In this document: in pieces, positions 12,250-27,400 of the stretch | Layout: every line of letters starts with the position of its first letter | Position numbering within the stretch: the first letter of the stretch is position 1 | Source: the human T2T-CHM13v2.0 reference genome, Homo sapiens | Strand: one strand, 5' to 3' | Length of the DNA: 64,000 nucleotides | NCBI RefSeq assembly: GCF_009914755.1 | Contig: NC_060940.1 | Program-made: the position numbers and the translations under genes | Notes under the pieces: generated by a model | What the model was told of the DNA's origin: nothing | Databases searched by the model: none | The model's input: only the letters and a program-made list of their open reading frames with translations

Positions 12250-15200
12250 TCCATTGGATGATTTCATTTGATTCCATTCGTTAATGATTTCGATCAATTC
12301 CATTCGATGATTCCATTCGATTCCATTCGATAATGATTACATCCGAGTCCATTCGATGATTCCCTTTGAGCCTGTTCGATAATTCCATTTGAGTCCAACC
12401 AATGATTCCATTCATTTCCATTCAATGATTCCATTCGAGTCCATTTGATCATTCCGGTAGGGTCCATTCGATGTTGATTCCATTGGAGTGCATTCGATGA
12501 TTCCATTCGAGTCCATTTTAGGATTTGATTCGAGTCCTTTCGATGATTCCATTCGATTCCACTCGATGATGATTTCATTCGAGTCCATTCGACACTTCCA
12601 ATCGATTCCATTTGATGATTCCATTCGAGTCCAATTGATGATTCCATTCAATTCCATTCGATGATGATTCCGTACGATTCCATTCTGTGATGATTCCATG
12701 TGATTGCATTCAATGATGATTCCTTTCGATTGCATTCGATTATGATTCATTTCGTGTTCATTCTATGGTTCCACAGGTTTCCATTCGTGTCCATTCCATT
12801 ATTCCATTCTATTCCATTTGATGATGATTCCATTCGATTCCATTCATTGGTGATTCCACTCAATTCCATTCAATGATTCCATTCCATTTCTTTCAACAAT
12901 GATTCCTTTAGTTTCTAATCGATGATCCACTTGATTCCATTTGACGACGATTCCATTCTTGTCCATTCGATGATTCCATTTGATTACATATTATGATGAT
13001 TCCATTCGATTCCATACCATGATGATTCCATTCGAGTCCATTCAATGGTGATTCCATTCAATTCCATTCGATGATTCCTTTTGATTCCATTCGATGATGA
13101 TGGCATTCGATTCCTTTCAATCATTCCCTTTGATTCCATTCAAAGGTGATTTCATTCAAGTCCATTCGATAATTGCATTCGATTCCATTCTATGATGATT
13201 CCATTCGAGTCCATTTGATGATTCCATTCAATTCAAGTCAATGATGATTCCATTCGATTCCATTCGATGATTCCATTGGATTCCATTCGATGATGATTCC
13301 ATTCAAATCCATTCGATAATTCAATTCAAGTCCATTCGATGATGATTCCAATCGAATCCATTCAAAGATTCCATTCAGTTCCATTCGATGATTCCCTTAG
13401 ATTCCATTCGATGATTCCACTTGATTGCATTTACGATGATTCCATTCGATTCCATGTGATGATTCCATTCAATTCTATTCAATGATGTCTCCATTTGATT
13501 CCATTCGACCATGATTGCCTTTGATTCCATTCAATGATTCCATTCGGTTCCGTTTGATGATGATTCCGTTCGATTCCATTTGATGATTCCATTTGATTCC
13601 ATTGAATGAGTCCATTCGATTACATTCGATGATTATTCCATTCGAGTGCATTAGATGATTCCATTCGAGTCCATTCGATGATTCCATTCGATTCCATTCG
13701 ATGTTGATTCTGTTCAAATCCATTCGATGATTCCACTCGATTCCATTCGTTGACTCCATTTGATCCCATTCGATGATTTCCTTTGATTCCCTTTGATGAT
13801 CATTCCATTTGATTCAATTCGGTGATTTCATTTGATTCCATTCAGTGATGTTTCCATTCGACTCCATTCGATGATGATTCCATTCGACTCCATTCGATTA
13901 TGATTTCATTCAATTCCATTCGATAATGATTCCCTTCGAGTCCATTCGATGATTCCATTCGATTCCATTCAACGATGATTTGATTCGTGTCCATTCGATG
14001 ATTCCATTTGATTCCACTTGATGATGATTCCATTCGAGTCCATTTGATGATTCCATTCAATTCCATACTCCGATGATTTCTTTTGAGCCCACTCAATGCT
14101 TCCACTCGATTCCATATGATGATGACTCCATTCGATGAAATTCGATGATGATTCCATTCGCTTGCTTTCGATGATGATTCCACTTGAGTCCGTTAGAAGA
14201 TTCTATTCAATTACATTCCATGACGATTCCGTTCGAGTCCATTTGATGATTCCATTAGACTCCATTCGACGATGATTCCATTCGATGTTATTCGATGATT
14301 CCATTCGATCTCATTCGATGATGATTCCATTCAACTCCATTCGATGTTTCCATTCGAGTTCATTCTATTATTCCATTAGATTCCATTCGATGATGATTCC
14401 ATTCGATTCCATTTGATGATTGCATTCTATTTCATTTGATGATGATTCCATTCGAGTCCACTCGATGATTCCATTCGAGTCCATTTAATGAATCCATTGG
14501 TTTCAATTCTATGATGATTACATTGGATTCCATTCGTTGATGATTTCATTCGGTTCCATTCAATGATGATTCCATTCAATTCCTTTCAATGTTTCCATTC
14601 AATTCCATACGATGATGATTCCATTTGATTTGATTCGACAGTGAGCCATTCGATTCAATTCCATGATGATTCTATTTGATTCAATTGGTTGACATTTCCA
14701 TTCGATTCCATTCGATGATGATTCCCTTTGATTCCGTTCCAAGATGATTCCATTCTAGCCCATTCAATCATTCCATTCGATTCTATTCAATGATGATTCC
14801 ATTCATGTCGATTTGGTGATTCCATTTGACTTCATTTGATGATGATTCCTTTCAAGTTCATTAGATGATTCCATTCGATTCCATTTGATGATGATCCCAT
14901 TCGAGTCCATTTGATGATTCCATTCTTTTCCATTCCATGATGATTCCATTCCTTTCCATTCAATGATTCCATTCGATTCCGTTTGATGATGATTTCATTC
15001 GAGTCCATTTGATGATTCCATTTGATTCCATTCGATGATGATTCCATTCGAGTCGATTCGATGATTCCATTCGAATCCATTTGATGATTTCATTTGATTA
15101 TATTTTGTGATGATTCCATTGGAGTCCATTCAATGATTCCATTCTATTCCAATCGATGATGATTCCATTAGAGTCCATTTAATGATTCCATTTGATTCCA

Positions 15201-18200
15201 GTCTCTGATGATTACATTCGAGTCCATACGATGATTCCACTCAATTCCATATGATGATGATTCCATTTGATTCCATTCGGTGATTCCATTCTATTCTATT
15301 CAATGGTGATTCCATTCGAGTACATTAGATGATTCCACTCGATTCCATTCAATGATGATTCTGTTTGTGTCCCTTAGATGATTCCACATGATTCCATTAG
15401 ATGATGATACTATTTGAGCCCATCCAATGATTCCCTTCGATTCCATTCGATGAGGATTCCATTCGATTCAATTCATTGGTGATTCTATTCAATTCAATTC
15501 TTTGATTCCATTCCATTCCATTCGACAATGATTCCATTCGATTTCTTTCGATGATTCCACTCGATTCCACTTGACATTGATTCCATTCGATTCCATTCAA
15601 TGATTCCATTTGATTCCAGTGGATGATGATTGCCATCGATTCCATTCGATCACTCCATTCTATTCCATTTGATGATGATTACATTCGATTCCATTTGATG
15701 ATTCCATCTGATTCTATTCGAGGATTCCATTTGATTCCATTCGATGATGATTCCATTCGAGTCCATTCGATGATTTCATTCCAGTACATCCAATGATTCC
15801 ATTCGAGTCCATTAGATGATTCCATTTGATTCCATTTGAAAATGATTCTACTAGAGTCCATTCAATGACTCCATTCGAGTCCATTCAACAATTCCATTCG
15901 ACTCCATTCGATGATTCCATTCGATTCCATTTGATGGTTCCATTCGAGTCCATTTAATCATTACAGTCGAGTCCATTTGGTGATTCCACTGGATTTCTTT
16001 TGATAATGATACCATTCAAATACATTTGATGATGATCCCATTCAATTTCATTTGATGATGATTCCATTAGAGTCCATTCGATGATTTCATTCGAGTCCCT
16101 TCATTGATTCCATCCGATTTCATTGGATGATGACTCCATTCGAGTCCATTTGATGATTCCACTCGATTCCATTAGATGACTCCATTGGAGTCCATTTGAT
16201 TGTTCCATTCGATTCCATTCGATTCCTTTCGAAGATTATTCCATTTGAGTCCATTCGATGATGATTCCATTCCATTCCATTCGATGATTCCGTTTGATTC
16301 CATTCGATGATTCCCTTCGATTCCTTTCTTTGATGATTCCATTCCATTCCATTCAATGATTCCATTCGAATCTATTCCATGATGATTCCTTTCGATTCCA
16401 TTCGCTGATGTTTCCGTTCAATTCCATTCGATGATGATTCCATTCGATTCCATTCATTGAGGTTTCCATTTGATACCATTCAATGATGATTCCATTCTAT
16501 TCCATTCAATGATTGCATTCAATTCCATTCAATGATTATCCCATTAGAGTAAACTCAACGATTCCATTCAATACCATTCGATGATGATTCCTTTTGAGTC
16601 CATTCAATGATTTCATTCAAGTCCATTTGATGATTCCTTTCAATTCCATTCTATGATGATTCCATTCGAGTCCATTCGATGATTCCATTCGATTGCATTC
16701 AATGATTCCATTATATTCCATTCAACGGTGGTTCCATTCGAGTCCATTCCATGATACCATTAGAGTACCTTTAATGATTGCCTTGTTTTCAATTCGAAGA
16801 TGATTACATTGGATTCCATTCTATGATACCATTCGATTCCATTCAATGATGATTCCACTCAAATCCATTGGATGATTCCATTCGTGTCCATTCGGTGATT
16901 TCATTAGATTCCATTCGAGGATGATTCCATTTGATTCCATTCGATGATTCCATTCAATTCCATTCGATGATGATTCCATTCCAGTCCATATGATCATTCC
17001 ATTTGATTTCATTCGATGATGATTCCATTCGATTCGATTCGACGATTCCATTCTATTCCATTCGATGATGATTCCATTCGAGTCCATTCGATGATTCCAT
17101 TCGAGTCCATTTAATGATTCCATTGGGTTCAATTCAATGATGATTACATTGGATTCCGTTCTATGATTCCATTCAATTCCGTTCATTGACAATTTGATTC
17201 CATTCGATGATGATTCCATTTGAGTTCATTCGATGATTCTATTCGATTCTCTTCGATGGTGATTCAATTCTATTATATTGGATGATTCCATTCGATTCCA
17301 TTTGATGTTGATTCAATTCGATTCTATTCGATGATGATTCCATTGGATTTCACTTGATGATTCTATTCGATTCCATTCAATGATGATTCACTTCTCGTCC
17401 ATTGGATGATTCCATTTCATTCCATTCGATGATGATTCCATTCGATTCCATTCGTTGATTCCATTTGATTCCATGCGACGGTGAGCAATTCGATTCAATT
17501 CCATGATGATTCTATTTGATTCAATTAGATGATGTTTCCATTCGAATCCATTCCATGATTATTCCATTGGAATCCATTCGGCGATGATTCCATATGAGTC
17601 AATTCAATGATGATTCCATATGGGTCCGTTCGATGATAATTCCATTTGATTTCATTCGATGCTTCTGTTCTATTCCAGTCGATGATGATTCCGTTGGAGT
17701 CCATACGATGATTCCATTTGATTTCATTTGATGATGATTCCATTCGATGATGATTACATTGGATTCCATTCTATGATTCCATTCAATTCCATTCGTTGAT
17801 GATTCGATTCCATTCAATGATGATTCCATTTGAGTTCATTCGATGATTCTATTCGATTCCGTTCGATGGTGATTCAATTCTATTATATTGGATGATTCCA
17901 CTCGATTCCATTTGATGATTATTCCATTGGAGTCCACTTAGTGAATCCTTTAGATTCTACTCGACGATGATTCCATTCGAGTCCATTCGATGATACCATT
18001 CAATTCCATTCGTTGATGCTTCCATTCAAGTGCATTCGATGATATCATTCGATTCCATTTGATGATAATTCCATTTGATTCCATGCGAGGATTCTATTCG
18101 ATTCCATTCAATGATAATTCCATTCAATTCAGTGATTCCTCTGGACTCCATTTGATGATGATTCCATTCAATGATTCCATTCGATTCTATTCGAAAATGA

Positions 18201-18361
18201 TTCCATTTGAATCCATTTGATGATGATTCCATTAGATTCCATTTGATGATTCCATTCGATTCCATTCGACGATGATTCCATTCGATTCCGTTTGATGATT
18301 CCATTCTATTCTATTCGATGATGATTCCATTCGATTCCATTCGATGATGATTGGATTCGAT
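12250..18361 (+). repeat. Higher-order unit 3 (6112 bp), rich in private substitutions
   Basis: Anchors 12294 to 18406. Confidence 0.93.
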
Positions 18362-21300
18362 TCCATTTGATGATTTCATTTGATTCCTTTCGTTAATGAT
18401 TTCGATCAATTCCATTCGATGATTCCATTTGATTCCATTCGATAATGATTACATCCGAGTCCATTCGATGATTCCCTTTGAGCCTGTTCGATAATTCCAT
18501 TTGAGTCCAACCAATGATTCCATTCATTTCCATTCAATGATTCCATTCGAGTCCATTTGATCATTCCGGTAGGGTCCATTCGATGTTGATTCCATTGGAG
18601 TGCATTCGATGATTCCATTCGAGTCCATTTTATGATTTGATTCGAGTCCTTTCGATGATTCCATTCGATTCCACTCGATGATGATTTCATTCGAGTCCAT
18701 TCGACACTTCCAATCGATTCCATTTGATGATTCCATTCGAGTCCAATTGATGATTCCATTCAATTCCATTCGATGATGATTCCGTACGATTCCATTCTGT
18801 GATGATTCCATGTGATTGCATTCAATGATGATTCCTTTCGATTGCATTCGATTATGATTCATTTCGTGTTCATTCTATGGTTCCACAGGTTTCCATTCGT
18901 GTCCATTCCATTATTCCATTCTATTCCATTTGATGATGATTCCATTCGATTCCATTCATTGGTGATTCCACTCAATTCCATTCAATGATTCCATTCCATT
19001 TCTTTCAACAATGATTCCATTAGTTTCTAATCGATGATCCACTTGATTCCATTTGACGACGATTCCATTCTTGTCCATTCGATGATTCCATTTGATTCCA
19101 TATGATGATGATTCCATTCGATTCCATACCATGATGATTCCATTCGAGTCCATTCAATGGTGATTCCATTCAATTCCATTCGATGATTCCTTTCGATTCC
19201 ATTCGATGATGATGGCATTCGATTCCTTTCAATCATTCCCTTTGATTCCATTCAAAGGTGATTTCATTCAAGTCCATTCGATAATTGCATTCGATTCCAT
19301 TCTATGATGATTCCATTCGAGTCCATTTGATGATTCCATTCAATTCAAGTCAATGATGATTCCATTCGATTCCATTCGATGATTCCATTGGATTCCATTC
19401 GATGATGATTCCATTCAAATCCATTCGATAATTCAATTCAAGTCCATTCGATGATGATTAAAATCGAATCCATTCAAAGATTCCATTCAGTTCCATTCGA
19501 TGATTCCCTTAGATTCCATTCGATGATTCCACTTGATTGCATTTACGATGATTCCATTCGATTCCATGTGATGATTCCATTCAATTCTATTCAATGATGT
19601 CTCCATTTGATTCCATTCGACCATGATTGCCTTTGATTCCATTCAATGATTCCATTCGGTTCCGTTTGATGATGATTCCGTTCGATTCCATTTGATGATT
19701 CCATTTGATTCCATTGGATGAGTCCATTCGATTACATTCGATGATTATTCCATTCGAGTGCATTAGATGATTCCATTCGAGTCCATTCGATGATTCCATT
19801 CGATTCCATTCGATGTTGATTCTGTTCAAATCCATTCGATGATTCCACTCGATTCCATTCGTTGACTCCATTTGATCCCATTCGATGATTTCCTTTGATT
19901 CCCTTTGATGATCATTCCATTTGATTCAATTCGGTGATTTCATTTGATTCCATTCAGTGATGTTTCCATTCGACTCCATTCGATGATGATTCCATTCGAC
20001 TCCATTCGATTATGATTTCATTCAATTCCATTCGATAATGATTCCCTTCGAGTCCATTCGATGATTCCATTCGATTCCATTCAACGATGATTTGATTCGT
20101 GTCCATTCGATGATTCCATTTGATTCCACTTGATGATGATTCCATTCGAGTCCATTTGATGATTCCATTCAATTCCATACTCCGATGATTTCTTTTGAGC
20201 CCACTCAATGCTTCCACTCGATTCCATATGATGATGACTCCATTCGATGAAATTCGATGATGATTCCATTCGCTTGCTTTCGATGATGATTCCACTTGAG
20301 TCCGTTAGAAGATTCTATTCAATTACATTCCAGGACGATTCCGTTCGAGTCCATTTGATGATTCCATTAGACTCCATTCGACGATGATTCCATTCGATGT
20401 TATTCGATGATTCCATTCGATCTCATTCGATGATGATTCCATTCAACTCCATTCGATGTTTCCATTCGAGTTCATTCTATTATTCCATTAGATTCCATTC
20501 GATGATGATTCCATTCGATTCCATTTGATGATTGCATTCTATTTCATTTGATGATGATTCCATTCGAGTCCACTCGATGATTCCATTCGAGTCCATTTAA
20601 TGAATCCATTGGTTTCAATTCTATGATGATTACATTGGATTCCATTCGTTGATGATTTCATTCGGTTCCATTCAATGATGATTCCATTCAATTCCTTTCA
20701 ATGTTTCCATTCAATTCCATACGATGATGATTCCATTTGATTTGATTCGACAGTGAGCCATTCGATTCAATTCCATGATGATTCTATTTGATTCAATTGG
20801 TTGACATTTCCATTCGATTCCATTCGATGATGATTCCCTTTGATTCCGTTCAAAGATGATTCCATTCTAGCCCATTCAATCATTCCATTCGATTCTATTC
20901 AATGATGATTCCATTCATGTCGATTTGGTGATTCCATTTGACTTCATTTGATGATGATTCCTTTCAAGTTCATTAGATGATTCCATTCGATTCCATTTGA
21001 TGATGATCCCATTCGAGTCCATTCAGTGATTCCATTCGTTTCCATTCCATGATGATTCCATTCCTTTCCATTCAATGATTCCATTCGATTCCGTTTGATG
21101 ATGATTTCATTCGAGTCCATTTGATGATTCCATTTGATTCCATTCGATGATGGTTCCATTCGACTCCATTCGATGATTCTATTCGAATCCATTTGATGAT
21201 TTCTTTTGATTATATTTGGTGATGATTCCATTGGAGTCCATTCAATGATTCCATTCTATTCCAATCGATGATGATTCCATTAGAGTCCATTTAATGATTC

Positions 21301-24300
21301 CATTTGATTCCAGTCTCTGATGATTACATTCGAGTCCATACGATGATTCCACTCAATTCCATATGATGATGATTCCATTTGATTCCATTCGGTGATTCCA
21401 TTCTATTCTATTCAATGGTGATTCCATTCGAGTACATTAGATGATTCCATTCGATTCCATTCAATGATGATTCTATTTGTGTCCCTTAGATGATTCCACA
21501 TGATTCCATTAGATGATGATACTATTTGAGCCCATCCAATGATTCCCTTCGATTCCATTCGATGAGGATTCCATTCGATTCAATTCATTGGTGATTCTAT
21601 TCAATTCAATTCTTTGATTCCATTCCATTCCATTCGACAATGATTCCATTCGATTTCTTTCGATGATTCCACTCGATTCCACTTGACATTGATTCCATTC
21701 GATTCCATTCAATGATTCCATTTGATTCCAGTGGATGATGATTGCCATCGATTCCATTCGATCACTCCATTCTATTCCATTTGATGATGATTACATTCGA
21801 TTCCATTTGATGATTCCATCTGATTCTATTCGAGGATTCCATTTGATTCCATTCGATGATGATTCCATTCGAGTCCATTCGATGATTTCATTCCAGTACA
21901 TCCAATGATTCCATTCGAGTCCATTAGATGATTCCATTTGATTCCATTTGAAAATGATTCTACTAGAGTCCATTCAATGACTCCATTCGAGTCCATTCAA
22001 CAATTCCATTCGACTCCATTCGATGATTCCATTCGATTCCATTTGATGGTTCCATTCGAGTCCATTTAATCATTACAGTCGTGTCCATTTGGTGATTCCA
22101 CTGGATTTCTTTTGATAATGATACCATTCAATTACATTTGATGATGATCCCATTCAACTTCATTTGATGATGATTCCATTAGACTCCATTCGATGATTTC
22201 ATTCGAGTCCCTTCATTGATTCCATCCGATTTCATTGGATGATGACTCCATTCGAGTCCATTCGATGATTCCACTCGATTCCATTAGATGACTCCATTGG
22301 AGTCCATTTGATTGTTCCATTCGATTCCATTCGATTCCTTTCGAAGATTATTCCATTTGAGTCCATTCGATGATGATTCCATTCCATTCCATTCGATGAT
22401 TCCGTTTGATTCCATTCGATGATTCCCTTCGATTCCTTTCTTTGATGATTCCATTCCATTCCATTCAATGATTCCATTCGAATCTATTCCATGATGATTC
22501 CTTTCGATTCCATTCGCTGATGTTTCCGTTCAATTCCATTCGATGATGATTCCATTCGATTCCATTCAATGATTGCATTCAATTCCATTCAATGATTATC
22601 CCATTAGAGTAAACTCAACGATTCCATTCAATACCATTCGATGATGATTCCTTTTGAGTCCATTCAATGATTTCATTCAAGTCCATTTGATGATTCCTTT
22701 CAATTCCATTCTATGATGATTCCATTCGAGTCCATTCGATGATTCCATTCGATTGCATTCGATGATTCCATTATATTCCATTCAATGGTGTTTCCATTCG
22801 AGTCCATTCCATGATTCCATTAGAGTACATTTAATGATTGCTTTGTTTTCAATTCGAAGATGATTACATTGGATTCCATTCTATGATACCATTCGATTCC
22901 ATTCAATGATGATTCCACTCAAATCCATTGGATGATTCCATTCGTGTCCATTCGGTGATTTCATTAGATTCCATTCGAGGATGATTCCATTCGATTCCAT
23001 TCGATGATTCCATTCAATTCCATTCGATGATGATTCCATTCGAGTCCATATGATCATTCCATTTGATTTCATTCGATGATGATTCCATTCGATTCCATTC
23101 GACGATTCCATTCTATTCCATTCGATGATGATTCCATTCGAGTCCATTCGATGATTCCATTCGAGTCCATTTAATGATTCCATTGGGTTCAATTCAATGA
23201 TGATTACATTGGATTCCGTTCTATGATTCCATTCAATTCCGTTCATTGACAATTTGATTCCATTCGATGATGATTCCATTTGAGTTCATTCGATGATTCT
23301 ATTCGATTCTCTTCGATGGTGATTCAATTCTATTATATTGGATGATTCCATTCGATTCCATTTGATGTTGATTCAATTCGATTCTATTCGATGATGAGTC
23401 CATTGGATTTCACTTGATGATTCTATTCGATTCCATTCAATGATGATTCACTTCTCGTCCATTGGATGATTCCATTTCATTCCATTCGATGATGATTCCA
23501 TTCGATTCCATTCGATGATTCCATTTGATTCCATGCGACGGTGAGCAATTCGATTCAATTCCATGATGATTCTATTTGATTCAATTAGATGATGTTTCCA
23601 TTCGAATCCATTCCATGATTATTCCATTGGAATCCATTCGGCGATGATTCCATATGAGTCAATTCAATGATGATTCCATATGGGTCCGTTCGATGATAAT
23701 TCCATTTGATTTCATTCGATGCTTCTATTCTATTCCAGTCGATGATGATTCCGTTGGTGTCCATACGATGATTCCATTTGATTTCATTTGATGATGATTC
23801 CATTCGATGATGATTACATTGGATTCCATTCTATGATTCCATTCAATTCCATTCGTTGATGATTCGATTCCATTCAATGATGATTCCATTTGAGTTCATT
23901 CGATGATTCTATTCGATTCCGTTCGATGGTGATTCAATTCTATTATATTGGATGATTCCACTCGATTCCATTTGATGATTATTCCATTGGAGTCCACTTA
24001 GTGAATCCTTTAGATTCTACTCGACGATGATTCCATTCGAGTCCATTCGATGATACCATTCAATTCCATTCGTTGATGCTTCCATTCAAGTGCATTCGAT
24101 GATATCATTCGATTCCATTTGATGATAATTCCATTTGATTCCATGCGATGATTCTATTCGATTCCATTCAATGATAATTCCATTCAATTCAGTGATTCCT
24201 CTGGACTCCATTTGATGATGATTCCATTCAATGATTCCATTCGATTCTATTCGAAAATGATTCCATTTGAATCCATTTGATGATGATTCCATTAGATTCC

Positions 24301-24421
24301 ATTTGATGATTCCATTCGATTCCATGCGACGATGATTCCATTCGATTCCGTTTGATGATTCCATTCTATTCTATTCGATGATGATTCCATTCGATTCCAT
24401 TCGATGATGATTGGATTCGAT
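18362..24421 (+). repeat. Higher-order unit 4 (6060 bp, 52-bp deletion)
   Basis: Anchors 18406 to 24466; deletion junction at about 22568. Confidence 0.93.
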
Positions 24422-27400
24422 TCCATTTGATGATTTCATTTGATTCCATTCGTTAATGATTTCGATCAATTCCATTCGATGATTCCATTCGATTCCATTC
24501 GATAATGATTACATCCGAGTCCATTCGATGATTCCCTTTGAGCCTGTTCGATAATTCCATTTGAGTCCAACCAATGATTCCATTCATTTCCATTCAATGA
24601 TTCCATTCGAGTCCATTTGATCATTCCGGTAGGGTCCATTCGATGTTGATTCCATTGGAGTGCATTCGATGATTCCATTCGAGTCCATTTTAGGATTTGA
24701 TTCGAGTCCTTTCGACGATTCCATTCGATTCCACTCGATGATGATTTCATTCGAGTCCATTCGACACTTCCAATCGATTCCATTTGATGATTCCATTCGA
24801 GTCCAATTGATGATTCCATTCAATTCCATTCGATGATGATTCCGTACGATTCCATTCTGTGATGATTCCATGTGATTGCATTCAATGATGATTCCTTTCG
24901 ATTGCATTCGATTATGATTCATTTCGTGTTCATTCTATGGTTCCACAGGTTTCCATTCGTGTCCATTCCATTATTCCATTCTATTCCATTTGATGATGAT
25001 TCCATTCGATTCCATTCATTGGTGATTCCACTCAATTCCATTCAATGATTCCATTCCATTTCTTTCAACAATGATTCCATTAGTTTCTAATCGATGATCC
25101 ACTTGATTCCATTTGACGACGATTCCATTCTTGTCCATTCGATGATTCCATTTGATTCCATATGATGATGATTCCATTCGATTCCATACCATGATGATTC
25201 CATTCGAGTCCATTCAATGGTGATTCCATTCAATTCCATTCGATGATTCCTTTTGATTCCATTCGATGATGATGGCATTCGATTCCTTTCAATCATTCCC
25301 TTTGATTCCATTCAAAGGTGATTTCATTCAAGTCCATTCGATAATTGCATTCGATTCCATTCTATGATGATTCCATTCGAGTCCATTTGATGATTCCATT
25401 CAATTCAAGTCAATGATGATTCCATTCGATTCCATTCGATGATTCCATTGGATTCCATTCGATGATGATTCCATTCAAATCCATTCGATAATTCAATTCA
25501 AGTCCATTCGATGATGATTCCAATCGAATCCATTCAAAGATTCCATTCAGTTCCATTCGATGATTCCCTTAGATTCCATTCGATGATTCCACTTGATTGC
25601 ATTTACGATGATTCCATTCGATTCCATGTGATGATTCCATTCAATTCTATTCAATGATGTCTCCATTTGATTCCATTCGACCATGATTGCCTTTGATTCC
25701 ATTCAATGATTCCATTCGGTTCCGTTTGATGATGATTCCGTTCGATTCCATTTGATGATTCCATTTGATTCCATTGGATGAGTCCATTCGATTACATTCG
25801 ATGATTATTCCATTCGAGTGCATTAGATGATTCCATTCGAGTCCATTCGATGATTCCATTCGATTCCATTCAATGTTGATTCTGTTCAAATCCATTCGAT
25901 GATTCCACTCGATTCCATTCGTTGACTCCATTTGATCCCATTCGATGATTTCCTTTGATTCCCTTTGATGATCATTCCATTTGATTCAATTCGGTGATTT
26001 CATTTGATTCCATTCAGTGATGTTTCCATTCGACTCCATTCGATGATGATTCCATTCGACTCCATTCGATTATGATTTCATTCAATTCCATTCGATAATG
26101 ATTCCCTTCGAGTCCATTCGATGATTCCATTCGATTCCATTCAACGATGATTTGATTCGTGTCCATTCGATGATTCCATTTGATTCCACTTGATGATGAT
26201 TCCATTCGAGTCCATTTGATGATTCCATTCAATTCCATACTCCGATGATTTCTTTTGAGCCCACTCAATGCTTCCACTCGATTCCATATGATGATGACTC
26301 CATTCGATGAAATTCGATGATGATTCCATTCGCTTGCTTTCGATGATGATTCCACTTGAGTCCGTTAGAAGATTCTATTCAATTACATTCCATGACGATT
26401 CCGTTCGAGTCCATTTGATGATTCCATTAGACTCCATTCGACGATGATTCCATTCGATGTTATTCGATGATTCCATTCGATCTCATTCGATGATGATTCC
26501 ATTCAACTCCATTCGATGTTTCCATTCGAGTTCATTCTATTATTCCATTAGATTCCATTCGATGATGATTCCATTCGATTCCATTTGATGATTGCATTCT
26601 ACTTCATTTGATGATGATTCCATTCGAGTCCACTCGATGATTCCATTCGAGTCCATTTAATGAATCCATTGGTTTCAATTCTATGATGATTACATTGGAT
26701 TCCATTCGTTGATGATTTCATTCGGTTCCATTCAATGATGATTCCATTCAATTCCTTTCAATGTTTCCATTCAATTCCATACGATGATGATTCCATTTGA
26801 TTTGATTCGACAGTGAGCCATTCGATTCAATTCCATGATGATTCTATTTGATTCAATTGGTTGACATTTCCATTCGATTCCATTCGATGATGATTCCCTT
26901 TGATTCCGTTCAAAGATGATTCCATTCTAGCCCATTCAATCATTCCATTCGATTCTATTCAATGATGATTCCATTCATGTCGATTTGGTGATTCCATTTG
27001 ACTTCATTTGATGATGATTCCTTTCAAGTTCATTAGATGATTCCATTCGATTCCATTTGATGATGATCCCATTCGAGTCCATTCAGTGATTCCATTCGTT
27101 TCCATTCCATGATGATTCCATTCCTTTCCATTCAATGATTCCATTCGATTCCGTTTGATGATGATTTCATTCGAGTCCATTTGATGATTCCATTTGATTC
27201 CATTCGATGATGATTCCATTCGAGTCCATTCGATGATTCTATTCGAATCCATTTGATGATTTCTTTTGATTATATTTGGTGATGATTCCATTGGAGTCCA
27301 TTCAATGATTCCATTCTATTCCAATCGATGATGATTCCATTAGAGTCCATTTAATGATTCCATTTGATTCCAGTCTCTGATGATTACATTCGAGTCCATA

